Below the pieces are notes generated by a model. That model made no database searches. It was not told the origin of the DNA and was given only the letters and a program-made list of their open reading frames with translations. A stretch of DNA of 64,000 bases from Alphaproteobacteria bacterium (GTDB taxonomy: Bacteria; Pseudomonadota; Alphaproteobacteria; UBA7887): NCBI GenBank assembly GCA_965216755.1, contig CBDCGL010000011.1, positions 2,240,001-2,304,000 on the forward strand, written 5' to 3'. The position numbers were made by a program, and so were the translations under genes. This document shows positions 1 through 11,172 of the stretch, in pieces (position 1 is the stretch's first letter; each line of letters starts with the position of its first letter).

Positions 1-2
1 TC

Positions 3-1025
3 GATGACGAAAGCGGTTTTTGCCAGCCCTGCCTGTCGCCGGTCTGGGATACATCTTTAGCCGCCCATGCTTTGCTCGAGGCCGACGATCGTCATGCCGG
101 AAATCGGATCACGGCGTCGCTGGACTGGCTAGCCGAGCGGCAGGTGTTGACCGGCGCGGCCGATTGGCAAGTGCGGGCGCCAAACGTGGCGCCGGGTGGT
201 TGGGCATTCCAATACAACAACCCCCACTATCCCGATGTCGACGATACCGCCGTCGTCATGATGGCAATGCATCGCGCCGACCCGGCCAGATATGCCGATG
301 CCATCAACCGCGGCGCGACATGGCTGAAAGGCATGCAGAGCAAGAATGGTGGCTGGGGCGCCTTCGATATCGACAATACCCACGACTACCTCAACCACAT
401 TCCTTTCGCCGATCATGGCGCGTTGTTGGATCCACCAACAGAGGACGTGACGGCACGTTGCGTGAGCGCGTTGTGTCAGATTGGCCACAGCGCAAACGAG
501 CCGTCGATTGCAAGGGGCCTGGCCTTTCTGCGGGCCAGTCAGCAGCCCGATGGATCGTGGTTTGGTCGATGGGGTACAAATTATGTCTATGGTACCTGGT
601 CCGTATTATGTGCATTCAATGCTGCGGGTGAGCCCGACTCGGCGCCCCACATTCGAAAGGCCGTCGCTTGGTTGAAGAATCAGCAACGCGCCGACGGCGG
701 GTGGGGTGAAGATGGCGCCACTTATTGGCCGGCCCGGCGCGGCGAAGCCAAGACCAGCACACCGTCACAGACGGCCTGGGCACTGTTGGGGCTGATGATG
801 GCCGGCGAGGTCGGCTCCGACAGCGTCAAGCATGGCATTCAATATCTATTGGCGGCGCCTCGCGACGGCGCGCGCTGGCACGAGGAAGAATTCACCGCGG
901 TCGGCTTTCCGCGCGTTTTCTATCTGCGCTATCACGGTTACGCGGCCTATTTCCCGCTCTGGGCTTTGGCGCGCTATCGTAATCTGCGCCGCGCCAACAG
1001 TCGGCGACCGGCTTTTGGCATGTGA
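3..1025 (+). CDS. shc: Squalene-hopene cyclase, C-terminal part (5' end outside the window)
   Basis: Frame open from nt 3: CQPCLSPVWDT, YPDVDDTA (DxDD catalytic motif), QW repeats (QSKNGGW, QQPDGSW, QRADGGW), GFPRVFYLRYHGY. Confidence 0.97.
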   Translation, partial: DDESGFCQPCLSPVWDTSLAAHALLEADDRHAGNRITASLDWLAERQVLTGAADWQVRAPNVAPGGWAFQYNNPHYPDVDDTAVVMMAMHRADPARYADAINRGATWLKGMQSKNGGWGAFDIDNTHDYLNHIPFADHGALLDPPTEDVTARCVSALCQIGHSANEPSIARGLAFLRASQQPDGSWFGRWGTNYVYGTWSVLCAFNAAGEPDSAPHIRKAVAWLKNQQRADGGWGEDGATYWPARRGEAKTSTPSQTAWALLGLMMAGEVGSDSVKHGIQYLLAAPRDGARWHEEEFTAVGFPRVFYLRYHGYAAYFPLWALARYRNLRRANSRRPAFGM

Positions 1026-1762
1026 CGCGCGTTCGTCCGTCTCGCGCCCCAATTGGAATCGTTACGGGCTTGAACGCGGAACGCCGCCTGGTAACGCGCC
1101 TTTTGTGGACGTCACGTGGAACCGCCCCAGCGCCCATCGCGACGTGTTGTGGCCCAGGTCCGGAAGCGGCCGCACGCGCCGCCGCAGCGGCCATCGCGGA
1201 TGGCGCCACCGCGCTCGCGAGCGTCGGCTTTGCTGGAGGACTGCGCCCGCGGCTGGGCTCGGGCACAACGGTCGTCGCGCGCGCGGTGGTCGACAGCGCG
1301 GGCAACAGCTTTGCCTGTGACCCGCACTGGCGCCGATTGGTTTTGGGCGCCGTTCTGAATCACGACAGCGTCCTCGATGGAACCATTTGCAGCGTCGCCG
1401 AACCTGTCGCGACCCGCGCCGCAAAAGCAGCCCTGTATGACCGTTTGAGGTGTGACGCTGTCGATATGGAGAGTGCCACGGTCGCGCAGACCGCGGCGCT
1501 GTCTGATGTTCCGTTCATTGCTTTGCGCGTGGTCGCGGATCCGGCTTGGTGCCAGCTTCCCCCCGCCGCACTTCAAGCCCTAACCGAGCAGGGCGGCGTA
1601 AGCCCACGTGCCGCCCTCGTGGGCGTCGCCGCCGCACCCTGGCAACTGCCCAACCTGATTCGCGTGGGCATTCATACCGCGCGCGCCCGGCGCGCGCTAC
1701 GCCGCATGCTCGCGGTCGCGGGCGACGCCTTGTGCGCCGTCTCCGTCATCGAGAAACTTTGA
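1022..1762 (+). CDS. hpnG: Hopanoid-associated nucleoside phosphorylase
   Basis: GTGA overlap with shc; PNP_UDP motifs GFAGGL, AVDMES, ALRVVAD. Confidence 0.88.
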   Translation: MTRVRPSRAPIGIVTGLNAERRLVTRLLWTSRGTAPAPIATCCGPGPEAAARAAAAAIADGATALASVGFAGGLRPRLGSGTTVVARAVVDSAGNSFACDPHWRRLVLGAVLNHDSVLDGTICSVAEPVATRAAKAALYDRLRCDAVDMESATVAQTAALSDVPFIALRVVADPAWCQLPPAALQALTEQGGVSPRAALVGVAAAPWQLPNLIRVGIHTARARRALRRMLAVAGDALCAVSVIEKL

Positions 1763-2842
1763 CACGTTCCGCTCGAACACATAGTCCGCTGGCCGCGCCT
1801 GCGACAAATCGATCTCAGGCGCCATCGGACCATCGGTCCGGATGCCACGCAACTTGACCGCAAGGGCGCGCAGCGGCTTGGCGACCGTATCCGCGACCGC
1901 GCTCGGCTCGTATCCGCAGTGAACCATGCAATCAGCGCACTTCTCGTAGCGGCCGGTGCCGAATTTGTCCCAATCAGTCGAGTCCATTAGGTCTCTAAAT
2001 GAAGAGGCCGTGCCTTCGGCGAGCAAGTAGCACGGTCGCTGCCAACCAAATATGTTGCGCGTTGGGTTACCCCACGGTGTGCAATGGTAGCTCTGATTGC
2101 CAGCCAGGAAATCCAAAAACATGTGCGACTGGCTAAACCGCCAGCGCCGCCCCTTGCCGCGCCGGAACACATCGCGGAACAAGTTTTTGGTCTTATTGCG
2201 GGTCAGGAAATGTGTTTGATCCGGCGCGCGTTCATAGGCATAGCCGGGCGAAACCGTAATGCCTTCGACGCCTAGCGACATACAATAGTCAAAAAACTCC
2301 GCGACGCGCTCCGAGTGCGCGCCATCAAACAATGTACAATTAACGTTGACACGAAAGCCTTGATCGCGCGCTTCCCTGATAGCATCGATCGCCCGGTCAA
2401 ACACGCCGTCTTGACAGACCGCGCGGTCGTGTTCCTCGCGCAGGCCATCCAAATGAACGGAGAAAGTCAAGTAGGGCGTTGGTGAAAACAGATGCAACTT
2501 TTTCTTGAGTAGCAAAGCATTTGTGCACAAATAAACGAACTTCTTGCGCGCCACGATGCCTGCGACAATTTGATCAATTTCCTTATGAAGCAACGGCTCC
2601 CCGCCTGGAATGGAAACCACGGGCGCGCCGCATTCGTCGACCGCATCCAGGCATTCCTGCACCGACAAGCGACGGTTCAGGATCTCATCCGGATAGTCGA
2701 TCTTGCCGCAACCGGCACACGCCAAATTGCATCGAAACAGGGGCTCAAGCATCAGCACAAGAGGATAACGGGTCTCACCCCGCAACCGCCTAGACAGAAC
2801 ATACCGGCCAACGGTGTAAGCTTGGATCAACGGTACCGCCAC
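1697..2842 (-). CDS. hpnH: Adenosyl-hopene transferase (radical SAM)
   Basis: MLEPLFRCNLACAGCGK (CxxxCxxC), CTPWGNPTRNIFGWQRPCY, CADCMVHCGYE. Confidence 0.95.
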   Translation of the reverse strand: MAVPLIQAYTVGRYVLSRRLRGETRYPLVLMLEPLFRCNLACAGCGKIDYPDEILNRRLSVQECLDAVDECGAPVVSIPGGEPLLHKEIDQIVAGIVARKKFVYLCTNALLLKKKLHLFSPTPYLTFSVHLDGLREEHDRAVCQDGVFDRAIDAIREARDQGFRVNVNCTLFDGAHSERVAEFFDYCMSLGVEGITVSPGYAYERAPDQTHFLTRNKTKNLFRDVFRRGKGRRWRFSQSHMFLDFLAGNQSYHCTPWGNPTRNIFGWQRPCYLLAEGTASSFRDLMDSTDWDKFGTGRYEKCADCMVHCGYEPSAVADTVAKPLRALAVKLRGIRTDGPMAPEIDLSQARPADYVFERNVSKFLDDGDGAQGVARDREHAA

Positions 2843-2884
2843 TGCTTATGTCTCCTTCGAAACGGCCGAAACCGTATCTGACGA

Positions 2885-3817
2885 TCAGCCTGCCTCGGCC
2901 AAGAGCGCCGCAGGCAATTTGAACTGGACGCGCTCAACAACACCATCCAATACGCGAACGTCGACCGATCCCATTTCATGCAAGCGATCGACCACTTCCT
3001 GTACCAACTGCTCGGGCGCCGACGCCCCCGCGGTCACGCCCACCGTGCCTGCCGATACCAACCACGCCGGATCGATGGCTGTTGAGTCATCGATCAAATA
3101 GCTGGCAACACTGTGTTCTTCACCGATCTCACGCAGTCGATTGGAATTCGAACTGTTTTGCGCACCAACAACCAACATCACGTCAACTTGATCAGCCAAC
3201 GTCCGTGCGGCAGTTTGGCGATTTTGCGTAGCATAGCAAATATCGCGAAGGTCGGGACCGCTGATATTGGGAAATCTGGCGCGTAGCGCCTCGATCACAT
3301 CGCGCGTATCGTCGACGCTCAGCGTCGTTTGGGTCACATAGGCGAGTTTTTCCGGATCGCGCACCGACAGCTGTTCGACATCGCCGACGGATGAAACCAG
3401 CAAGACACCGCCTTCGACGCGCCCGCTCGTGCCCTCAACCTCCGGATGCCCGCGATGTCCGATCAGAATCACCTGCCGGCCCTGCAACGCAAAACGTTGC
3501 GCCTCGTGATGAACCTTGCCCACCAGTGGGCATGTCGCATCGATGACCGACAAGCCGCGCCGCCCGGCTTCGTCTTCAACATTTTGTGAAACGCCATGAG
3601 CACTGAAAATTGTCACCGCGTCGTCTGGAATCTCGTCGAGCTCTTCGACAAAAACCGCGCCCTTGGCGCGAAGTTCCTCGACCACGCGCTTGTTGTGGAC
3701 GATCTCGTGACGCACGTAGACTGGCGGCCCATACCGTTCCAGCGCACGCTCAACAATCTCTATAGCGCGTTCGACGCCGGCGCAGAACCCGCGCGGTTGA
3801 GCCAAAATTACTCGCAT
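2885..3817 (-). CDS. ispH: 4-hydroxy-3-methylbut-2-enyl diphosphate reductase
   Basis: [47 protein letters not shown]. Confidence 0.97.
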   Translation of the reverse strand: MRVILAQPRGFCAGVERAIEIVERALERYGPPVYVRHEIVHNKRVVEELRAKGAVFVEELDEIPDDAVTIFSAHGVSQNVEDEAGRRGLSVIDATCPLVGKVHHEAQRFALQGRQVILIGHRGHPEVEGTSGRVEGGVLLVSSVGDVEQLSVRDPEKLAYVTQTTLSVDDTRDVIEALRARFPNISGPDLRDICYATQNRQTAARTLADQVDVMLVVGAQNSSNSNRLREIGEEHSVASYLIDDSTAIDPAWLVSAGTVGVTAGASAPEQLVQEVVDRLHEMGSVDVRVLDGVVERVQFKLPAALLAEAG

Positions 3818-4111
3818 TTCTTATCTTCCGAATGCCGGCTGGCGGCCGGTTCTCAGCGTCCGCCCGCGCCGCCTTTTTGCACGCCAAATCCAAACTAACT
3901 GAAAAGACACCATGCCGCCAACAATCGCGTGCGACTGACCAATCTATTTCCCTAATCTGGTCAGGGACTTAAAGGCGCAAACGATAATTCCCAAGGAAAC
4001 TCGTTGGCCAGCAGACCTGGCCCTGCATGCAACGGCCATTGTCCGGTTGCAATCTTGCCTTGACCCAGCGAACAATATCGCAATCCGACAAAAAACGATG
4101 GAGAGGATCAA

Positions 4112-4576
4112 ATGCACGCGACTGCTCGATGGACCTGTCTTGTTGCCCTGATCATGGGTTCTGTTGTTGCCATCAACCCACAATCCCAGGCCGCTGATGA
4201 ACCCGAAAACATTATCAAGTATCGCCAAAACGTTATGAAAGCGATCGGCGCGCATATCACCAATATCGCGGCTGTCGTCAAAGGCGAGGTCACCTATGTG
4301 GAGAACACAGCACTGAATGCCCGGGCCATTCGCGAATTGCTGACGCTGATTCCGGACCTATTTCCGGAAGGCACCGACACCGGCAAGACAAATGCGCTGC
4401 CGGATATCTGGACCGACCGTGCCAAGTTCGATGAATTGGCGGACGCCATGAACGGTCCTGCCGACGAGATGGTCGCGGCTGCCGAAACCAACGACATGGC
4501 AACGATCGGCGAGGCGCTCGGCAAGTTGGGCAAGGCATGTGGAAATTGTCACAAACCATTCCGCAAAGAGCTCTAA
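4112..4576 (+). CDS. Class II cytochrome c (c'/c556 family)
   Basis: Signal peptide, YRQNVMK, ALPDIW, C-terminal CGNCHKPFR; RBS GGAGAGG upstream. Confidence 0.92.
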   Translation: MHATARWTCLVALIMGSVVAINPQSQAADEPENIIKYRQNVMKAIGAHITNIAAVVKGEVTYVENTALNARAIRELLTLIPDLFPEGTDTGKTNALPDIWTDRAKFDELADAMNGPADEMVAAAETNDMATIGEALGKLGKACGNCHKPFRKEL

Positions 4577-4602
4577 TATCGCTGACGGGTCGGCTGCGCA
4601 CC

Positions 4603-5565
4603 GTGCGCGGACTCGACGCGATTTTGCGATCATCCTGGCGTGGTTTCGCGACGGCAATGTCGCTTGCGCTCGCGCCGCCGACGGCGGGCGCCCAGGACGG
4701 CGATGGAGCGTCGACAGTTGCAGCCGCCGTCGCCCGGGGCGCCTATATCCTGCGCGCCGGCGGCTGCGTCGCCTGTCATACGGCGACCGACATGGACGGC
4801 CCGTTCCTGGCTGGCGGAGCAGCCATCGAAACGCCATTTGGGCGGTTCTACGCGCCCAACATCACGCCTGACCGCGAACATGGTATCGGCCGATGGACGG
4901 AAGCTGATTTTACCCGCGCCATGACCCAAGGGCGCGCGCCCGATAGCACAGCCTATTACCCGGTGTTTCCCTATCCGACTTACACGCGGATGTCGGCGGG
5001 CGATATCGCGGACCTGTGGGCGTATTTGCAGACCGTACCCGGCGATCCGACGCCGCGACGGCAACATGAAGTGGCGTTCCCCTTCTCGTTCCGTTGGCTG
5101 AATCAACTATGGCAAACGGCATTTTTTCATCCCGGTCCTTTTCGCGGCCATCACGGACGCGATCCGGTCTGGAACCGGGGCGCATATTTGGCTGAAGCGT
5201 TGGGCCACTGCGGCACATGTCACACACCACGCAACCTGCTCGGCGGCCCGCAATTGGCCATGGTTCAGGCTGGTACACGATTGCCGAACAGCGAAAACAC
5301 CGTACCCAATATCACGCCCGACAGCGAGACCGGCATTGGTGACTGGAGTGAGGGCGATATCGTCTGGTTGCTCAAAATGGGGTTCCGGCCTGACGGCAAT
5401 GATGTGCAAGGCACGATGGCGGAAGTCATTGAGCACAGCACCAGCCATCTTTCGAATGATGATTTGAAAGCTCTGGCCACTTATCTGCGTGCGCTGCCGC
5501 CGGTCGACAATCCGATTCGCGTAAGACCAACAACCGACGACGGCGATACAGGCGACGCGTGGTAG
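4603..5565 (+). CDS. Diheme cytochrome c (gluconate/alcohol dehydrogenase cytochrome-like), usual partner of cytochrome c'; start uncertain (GTG 4603 or ATG 4657)
   Basis: GGCVACHT and GHCGTCHTPRN, two PNITPD repeats, YYPVFPY. Confidence 0.88.
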   Translation: MRGLDAILRSSWRGFATAMSLALAPPTAGAQDGDGASTVAAAVARGAYILRAGGCVACHTATDMDGPFLAGGAAIETPFGRFYAPNITPDREHGIGRWTEADFTRAMTQGRAPDSTAYYPVFPYPTYTRMSAGDIADLWAYLQTVPGDPTPRRQHEVAFPFSFRWLNQLWQTAFFHPGPFRGHHGRDPVWNRGAYLAEALGHCGTCHTPRNLLGGPQLAMVQAGTRLPNSENTVPNITPDSETGIGDWSEGDIVWLLKMGFRPDGNDVQGTMAEVIEHSTSHLSNDDLKALATYLRALPPVDNPIRVRPTTDDGDTGDAW

Positions 5566-5822
5566 CTCGAGAAGATCACGCGACTGTCAGACTGTGGCCA
5601 GACTCTGCGCAGATCTGGGCGTTTTCGTGGCGCGGCTCAAAAAAACGTGATCGGGCGATTGATCGACCCGATCGAAGCGCCACATAGCCGGCAAGCGCGG
5701 CACGTCGCCGTGCATTCTTGTTCAAATCAAGACGACAGCGGCGAACCGAACACGAACATCGGCCGCTGCTTGCGTCGGTGCCAACAGCTTGGCGCCATCG
5801 TCGTGAAGGAGTTTTCGACCTG

Positions 5823-7298
5823 ATGCTTGAGATCCCCGTGCGCGCTCCCGCGGGCGCGCGTGTTCGCAATACTGCCGTGGCCGGCATTGTGCTGATCGCG
5901 TCTCTCTGGGTTAGCGCTGTCGCCCAAGCGCGCTCGGCGCCGGACAGCTTTGCCGGCCTGGCCGCCGATTTGATCCCGGCCGTCGTCAACATTTCGACAG
6001 AGAAACGCGTCGATGTCGATCCCCGCATGGCGCCGCAAGATCGACCCCAGTTTCCGCCCGGCTCACCATTTGAAGAGTTTTTCGATCGCTTTTTTGGTCC
6101 GTCTCAACCCAATGGCGGGCGACCACGCCAGCTGCCAACCTCACTTGGATCCGGGTTCATTGTCGACTCACAGGGCTATGTGGTGACAAATAACCACGTC
6201 GTTGCCGAGGCCACCGAAATATCGGTCATATTGCATGACGAACGAACCCTGCCGGCAACCGTAATTGGACGCGACCCAAAGACCGACTTGGCACTGTTGA
6301 AGATTGACGCGGACACCCCCCTGCCAGCCGTGGAATTCGGCGATTCCGATGCCGCCCAGGTCGGCGACTGGGTGCTGGCGATTGGCAACCCCTTCGGGCT
6401 CGGCGGTACTGTGACCGCCGGAATCGTGTCCGCCCGGGCGCGCAACATCAACGCCGGTCCATTCGACGATTTCATTCAAACCGACGCGCCGATCAATCGT
6501 GGCAATTCGGGCGGCCCGCTGTTCGACATGAATGGCAAAGTGATCGGCGTCAATACCGCCATCTATTCGCCGACCGGCGGCAGCGTCGGCATCGGCTTTG
6601 CCATTTCTGCGGCTTTGGCTGAGCCGATTGTCGACCAATTAAAGGAACATGGCCGACCAATCCGGGGCTGGTTGGGTGTCCAGATTCAAGGTGTTACCGA
6701 AGATTTGGCCGACGGACTTGGCCTCGACTCGGCCGCCGGCGCCCTGGTCGCGGAAGTCGTCCCCGAAAGCCCGGCCGCCGCGGCCGGTTTCCAACCCGGC
6801 GACGTAATCGTCGGATTCGATGGCCAAGAGATCGATCGCGTGCGCACGCTGCCGCGGGCCGTCGCCAATACCCCGGTCGGGAGCCGCGTCGACGTCACCG
6901 TCATCCGTGACGGCCACGCCAAGACCATGTCGGTACGGATCGGACAGCTCGAGGAAGACGTGGTCGCCGCGTTGCCGACGCCGGCAAGCCCGTCGGGCAA
7001 CACCGGCTTTGGGCTAGTGATCGCACCGCGCAGCGCTGATCTCGAGGCGCGCTACGATTTGGCCTCCGATGTCGACGGCATGGTGGTAGTCGGCGTGCGT
7101 CCGGGCTCGCCGGCCGCCGCGGCAGGGCTCGTGGAGGGCGACCTCATTGCCAAGGTCGGTGACACCAACGTGTCGGACGGCGACGATGTGCGCGAAGCTC
7201 TCCATAGGGCCGAACTGGCGGGCCATCGGACGGTCTTGTTCCTCGTCAACCGCCAGGGCACATCGCTGTTCTTGGCCATGCCCGTGGCGATTGGTTAA
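5823..7298 (+). CDS. degP: DegP/DegQ (Do family) periplasmic serine protease
   Basis: SLGSGF, TNNHVV, DPKTDLAL, INRGNSGGPL, two PDZ domains; start approximate. Confidence 0.93.
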   Translation: MLEIPVRAPAGARVRNTAVAGIVLIASLWVSAVAQARSAPDSFAGLAADLIPAVVNISTEKRVDVDPRMAPQDRPQFPPGSPFEEFFDRFFGPSQPNGGRPRQLPTSLGSGFIVDSQGYVVTNNHVVAEATEISVILHDERTLPATVIGRDPKTDLALLKIDADTPLPAVEFGDSDAAQVGDWVLAIGNPFGLGGTVTAGIVSARARNINAGPFDDFIQTDAPINRGNSGGPLFDMNGKVIGVNTAIYSPTGGSVGIGFAISAALAEPIVDQLKEHGRPIRGWLGVQIQGVTEDLADGLGLDSAAGALVAEVVPESPAAAAGFQPGDVIVGFDGQEIDRVRTLPRAVANTPVGSRVDVTVIRDGHAKTMSVRIGQLEEDVVAALPTPASPSGNTGFGLVIAPRSADLEARYDLASDVDGMVVVGVRPGSPAAAAGLVEGDLIAKVGDTNVSDGDDVREALHRAELAGHRTVLFLVNRQGTSLFLAMPVAIG

Positions 7299-7362
7299 GA
7301 GCGCCACCCCGATACGTGACTTGGGGGCGCGAGGGCCGCGCGCCCTTTCGGGGCGGCTCCGA

Positions 7363-8166
7363 TCAGGCGAAGCGCGGCGATCGCTTCTCACGATGAGAGG
7401 CGACGCCTTCGCGCACATCCGGCCCGGTGAAGCCGAGCATCTCCAACGCGCACGATGTGTCAAAGGTGGGACCTGCCATGCGCAGCCAGTTGTTGAGGGC
7501 GAATTTGGTCCAACGAATCGCCGTGCGCGACCCACCGGCCAGACGTTTGGCGACGTCCAAGGCCGTGTCCTGCAGAGCGTCATCGTCGACACACAGCGAC
7601 ACCAAGCCCACCCGTTCCGCCTCCTCCCCACTCAACGGTTCGCACAGCAACAGATGATATTTGGCCTTGGCCATGCCGCACAGCAGCGGCCACACTACCG
7701 CCGCGTGATCGCCGGCGGCGACCCCAAGCCGCGTGTGACCATCGATAATGCGGGCCGAACGCGCCGCGATGGAGATGTCCGCCAACAATCCGACCACCAG
7801 GCCCGCGCCGACGGCGGCGCCGTGCATTGCCGAAACGATTGGCGTATCGCAATTGATCAGGTTGTAAACCAGGTCCCGGGCCTCGCGCCAAACCCGTACG
7901 CGCGTATCCGCGTCGTCGATCATCGATTCGACCAGGTCAAAATCGCCACCAGCGGAAAATGCTCTTCCGGCGCCGCGCACAATGACTGCGTCAACGTCGG
8001 GGTCGTCGTCGATGGCGCGCCAAACCGCGGCCACTTGGGCGTGAGTCTCCGCATCGATGGCGTTGAATTTCTCCGGTCGATCAAAGGTCAAGCGCAGAAT
8101 TTTTTCGGCCGGTTGATCAAATGTCAGGCGATCGAACGCCGCATAGCGCGCATCGCTGGTGGCCAT
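7363..8166 (-). CDS. Enoyl-CoA hydratase/isomerase family protein
   Basis: [40 protein letters not shown]; start at ATG 8166 or 8193. Confidence 0.9.
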   Translation of the reverse strand: MATSDARYAAFDRLTFDQPAEKILRLTFDRPEKFNAIDAETHAQVAAVWRAIDDDPDVDAVIVRGAGRAFSAGGDFDLVESMIDDADTRVRVWREARDLVYNLINCDTPIVSAMHGAAVGAGLVVGLLADISIAARSARIIDGHTRLGVAAGDHAAVVWPLLCGMAKAKYHLLLCEPLSGEEAERVGLVSLCVDDDALQDTALDVAKRLAGGSRTAIRWTKFALNNWLRMAGPTFDTSCALEMLGFTGPDVREGVASHREKRSPRFA

Positions 8167-8211
8167 GATGTGCCCTTTCAGATTAGAAGTCATGCTGGCT
8201 GGTCGGTTACC

Positions 8212-8646
8212 CTACTCGGCCGTGATGATCCAGACCAGGCGGACGAATACTGCGACCACAGCCACCATTTGCGCCATATTCAGAACAACGCTAAGGCGAT
8301 GCAGGCGCCCGAAGGCGCGGACATCGGCTGGATTGCCGGCCAACCGACCCGCGCGGTGTCTTTCAATGCGGGGGATCAGAGCCTGACGCGCAAAAACAAA
8401 GCCAATCGAGACCGCCACCAGAACCGCGGCAGCCGCCATATCATGGAAAATGGTCGCCAGCGCCGCCAACGCACTGGCGATCGCCATGATCGCGTAGTAG
8501 ACCGGGAATACGCCGGCCAGAAACGCGGCCGCCACGTCGCGCGGCAGTTTGGCGAACACCAAGGGTGTGACGACAAAAGCGAAAAAGACCATGGCCCCCA
8601 TGATCACGCCGACGACCCCCAGCGCCACGACATAAGACACTGTCAC
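8212..8646 (-). CDS. DUF4149-like four-TM membrane protein
   Basis: FFAFVVTPLVF, FPVYY, FGRLHRLSV; RBS AGGAG before GTG. Confidence 0.75.
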   Translation of the reverse strand: MTVSYVVALGVVGVIMGAMVFFAFVVTPLVFAKLPRDVAAAFLAGVFPVYYAIMAIASALAALATIFHDMAAAAVLVAVSIGFVFARQALIPRIERHRAGRLAGNPADVRAFGRLHRLSVVLNMAQMVAVVAVFVRLVWIITAE

Positions 8647-8726
8647 CGTTCACTCCTACTCGGTCCCGGCCGGCTCGGATCGCGCGGCCGTATTCCACAC
8701 CGATGCTATATCCATAGGAAGGGATT

Positions 8727-9794
8727 ATGGCGAACAGTTTGACACTCACCGCCGCCGCTTTGGTTGCCATGCTCGATGGTTGGACCGGGCTGTGGCAGGG
8801 CCTGGTGGACTCCTCGGACGCAACTCTGGGCGCGGCACAAATCGCTGTGCCTGCTCCTATGCCGCCACCGATTGCGATCGATGTCGGTGACGGCACGTAT
8901 ACAAATGGCGGCGGCGGCCCGCGAGTGGCACTGTCGGCGGTATCAGTGTCGGGCAAGCACGGCGGCAAAGCGTGGCAATGGGCGGTCGGCGACGTGTATC
9001 TGACACCCCCCGACAGGCAGGACAATATCGTCCGCGTACTCCTACCGTCACCGCAAACGTTTCGGTTGGCGCAAGGCAAGACCGGGCGCGTGGTGACGTT
9101 GTGGGCAACCAATCTAGCCGCCGTGGTTCACCGCGATACGGCCGGCCGCGTATCACAGACACGGTTGACGGGCGACGGTATTACTTTGCAAAGCGGCGAT
9201 CACGAATTTTCGGCCGAATCTCTGATCATTAAGAGTGAGCGCACCGCGCCCGATCGCGTCCGCATCGGCGTGGCGATTACGGATATTGTGTTACCGGCGG
9301 CCTGGCACCTTGGGCCGCCATTCGGTGACACGATGGAGAGCATAAAGATCGACGCCTGGGTCCACGGCTTGGGTGATCCGCGACCGACCTCAGCCGTCGC
9401 CTGGCGCGACGGCGGCGGCGTCGTCGGACTCAATCATGTCCGTGCCAAATGGGGTCCCTTGGCCGTGAACATTTCCGGACGGTTTGGCCTTGACGGTGTG
9501 CTCCGCCCCGAAGGCCGCGTCCGCGTCGCCATCACCGGGGTCGACGAAGCGCTGGTCGCGGCCACCGAAGCCGGTGTGATCAGTGAATCCACCCGCAACG
9601 CAGCAAGCGACGGGCTAGCGCGGCTGGCCCGTCTGCGGCAGACTGATGCTGTCACGGATCTCAGCCTTAGTTTTGAACTGGGCGGCGGACGCCTGAGTTT
9701 CGAGGGTCTGCCATTGGTCGGCTTGCCGGCGATCGCTAAAATGCCCAAGCCTGCGGCGCCCGGGTGTGAAACGAAAGACGCACCCAACTGCTGA
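8727..9794 (+). CDS. DUF2125-like exported protein
   Basis: N-terminal hydrophobic stretch; WRDGGG..L....KWGPL...G..GLD..LRPEG pattern. Confidence 0.6.
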   Translation: MANSLTLTAAALVAMLDGWTGLWQGLVDSSDATLGAAQIAVPAPMPPPIAIDVGDGTYTNGGGGPRVALSAVSVSGKHGGKAWQWAVGDVYLTPPDRQDNIVRVLLPSPQTFRLAQGKTGRVVTLWATNLAAVVHRDTAGRVSQTRLTGDGITLQSGDHEFSAESLIIKSERTAPDRVRIGVAITDIVLPAAWHLGPPFGDTMESIKIDAWVHGLGDPRPTSAVAWRDGGGVVGLNHVRAKWGPLAVNISGRFGLDGVLRPEGRVRVAITGVDEALVAATEAGVISESTRNAASDGLARLARLRQTDAVTDLSLSFELGGGRLSFEGLPLVGLPAIAKMPKPAAPGCETKDAPNC

Positions 9795-9822
9795 CCAAGC
9801 AGAGTTGGATTTACAAATAAGC

Positions 9823-9855
9823 GCGGCGACGCGCTTGTTCCGGGCGCGTCGCCGC
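9823..9855. terminator. Hairpin between convergent genes, likely bidirectional terminator
   Basis: Perfect 12-bp inverted repeat GCGGCGACGCGC (9823-9834) / GCGCGTCGCCGC (9844-9855). Confidence 0.6.
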
Positions 9856-9875
9856 AATTCACAGGAGCGGATCGG

Positions 9876-10961
9876 CTACGGCAACTGATAGCCGTCCTTG
9901 ACCATTTGAATCTTATAGAGGCTCTTGCCTGAGGTGACGTAGAGAACATTGGATTCGTCGCCACGGCCAAAACCAACATTGGTCGGCAGCTCTTCTCCGG
10001 TTGAAACATAAGCAAGTTCTTCGCCGTCTGGCGAAAAGACACCAATTCCGGGACGGTTTTCGGCACGCATTGCCACATAGAGATTGCCGTCCACGTCGGT
10101 GACCAGGCCGTCGGGGCCGCTATAGGGCGCGTAGTCGACCAGAACGCGGCGATTGCTCGCGGTACCATCCTCGGCCAGATCGTAGGCTTGTAGAAGATGT
10201 GGTCCGACCAAGGTCCCCTCGCCTTCTTCCAGCTGCATGAATCCGAACCAGCCATTGTCGTTGCTCACCACGTAGAGGGTCTTCTGGTCAGGTGAGATCA
10301 AAACGCCATTGGTCTTACCAGCGTCGGTGATTATGCGATTGACCGTGCCATCGGGATCGAGGCGGTAAACCGCGTAACCCGGTTGGAAAATGGGTTCGTG
10401 GCCCAAATAGCGTGGATCCGAGAAATAGATCCGTCCCTTCTCGTCAATGGTGATGTCGTTGAGAGCATTGTACGATTCACCATTGTACGTGCCGGTCAAG
10501 ATATAGCTCTTGCCTGTCTCCATATCGGTCTTGACCAACATGCGGCCGCCATAGTCGGCACCAAGAGCCGCAATCATATTGCCGTCGCGATCGAATTTGA
10601 TGCCGTTCGACATGCCACTGGGCGACCGGAATATCGTCGCCTCGCCGGTCTTCGGATCGTAACGCCAGATGTTGCCAGCTTGCGAATAAAGCCCTGCCTC
10701 GTCCTTGCAGAACTTTGTAAACGTGATGTCGCTGAAATACATGTAGCCGTCGTGACCTGCGGCGACGCCCTCGGTCAAGATACAGCCGCCATCCCACAAC
10801 CTCATCAGTTTGGCACCTTCCGGCAGAACACTGGAATCGCCGGTCGGTGCCGGAAAACCGGCGTCTTCGCCTTCAAAATATTGCGCGAACGCGCTGGTAC
10901 TGGTCGAAGCCAGCATCGCGATCGCCAGCACCGCTGTGGATATCGTGGCGCCCTTTAGCAT
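9876..10961 (-). CDS. Periplasmic SMP-30/gluconolactonase family protein
   Basis: Signal peptide from MLKGATIST; TEG, SNG, NDI, FSDP, NGV, PDG, PTNVGFG beta-propeller motifs. Confidence 0.9.
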   Translation of the reverse strand: MLKGATISTAVLAIAMLASTSTSAFAQYFEGEDAGFPAPTGDSSVLPEGAKLMRLWDGGCILTEGVAAGHDGYMYFSDITFTKFCKDEAGLYSQAGNIWRYDPKTGEATIFRSPSGMSNGIKFDRDGNMIAALGADYGGRMLVKTDMETGKSYILTGTYNGESYNALNDITIDEKGRIYFSDPRYLGHEPIFQPGYAVYRLDPDGTVNRIITDAGKTNGVLISPDQKTLYVVSNDNGWFGFMQLEEGEGTLVGPHLLQAYDLAEDGTASNRRVLVDYAPYSGPDGLVTDVDGNLYVAMRAENRPGIGVFSPDGEELAYVSTGEELPTNVGFGRGDESNVLYVTSGKSLYKIQMVKDGYQLP

Positions 10962-11172
10962 CTGCTTCCTCCCAAAGTTGGGTTTTGTCCCCACCCAATC
11001 CATGCGCGCGGACACGGCTCCAATCGATCTCGCGAATTCGGAAGCTCATACGTCCGCCTCACCATGTCGTCTGCGGCGGGGCTCTGTTACGTGTGGTATA
11101 TGCTAGGGCACGGTGGCCAGTGGGCCAAGCGGGCTTTGGCCGCTAGGCGTTCAAAGCACCGTATCGGTTACA

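Noticed and set aside
7147-8742. 531-aa plus-strand ORF
   Set aside because: Antisense shadow of the crotonase and DUF4149 genes; Arg/His-rich with no motifs, typical of high-GC DNA
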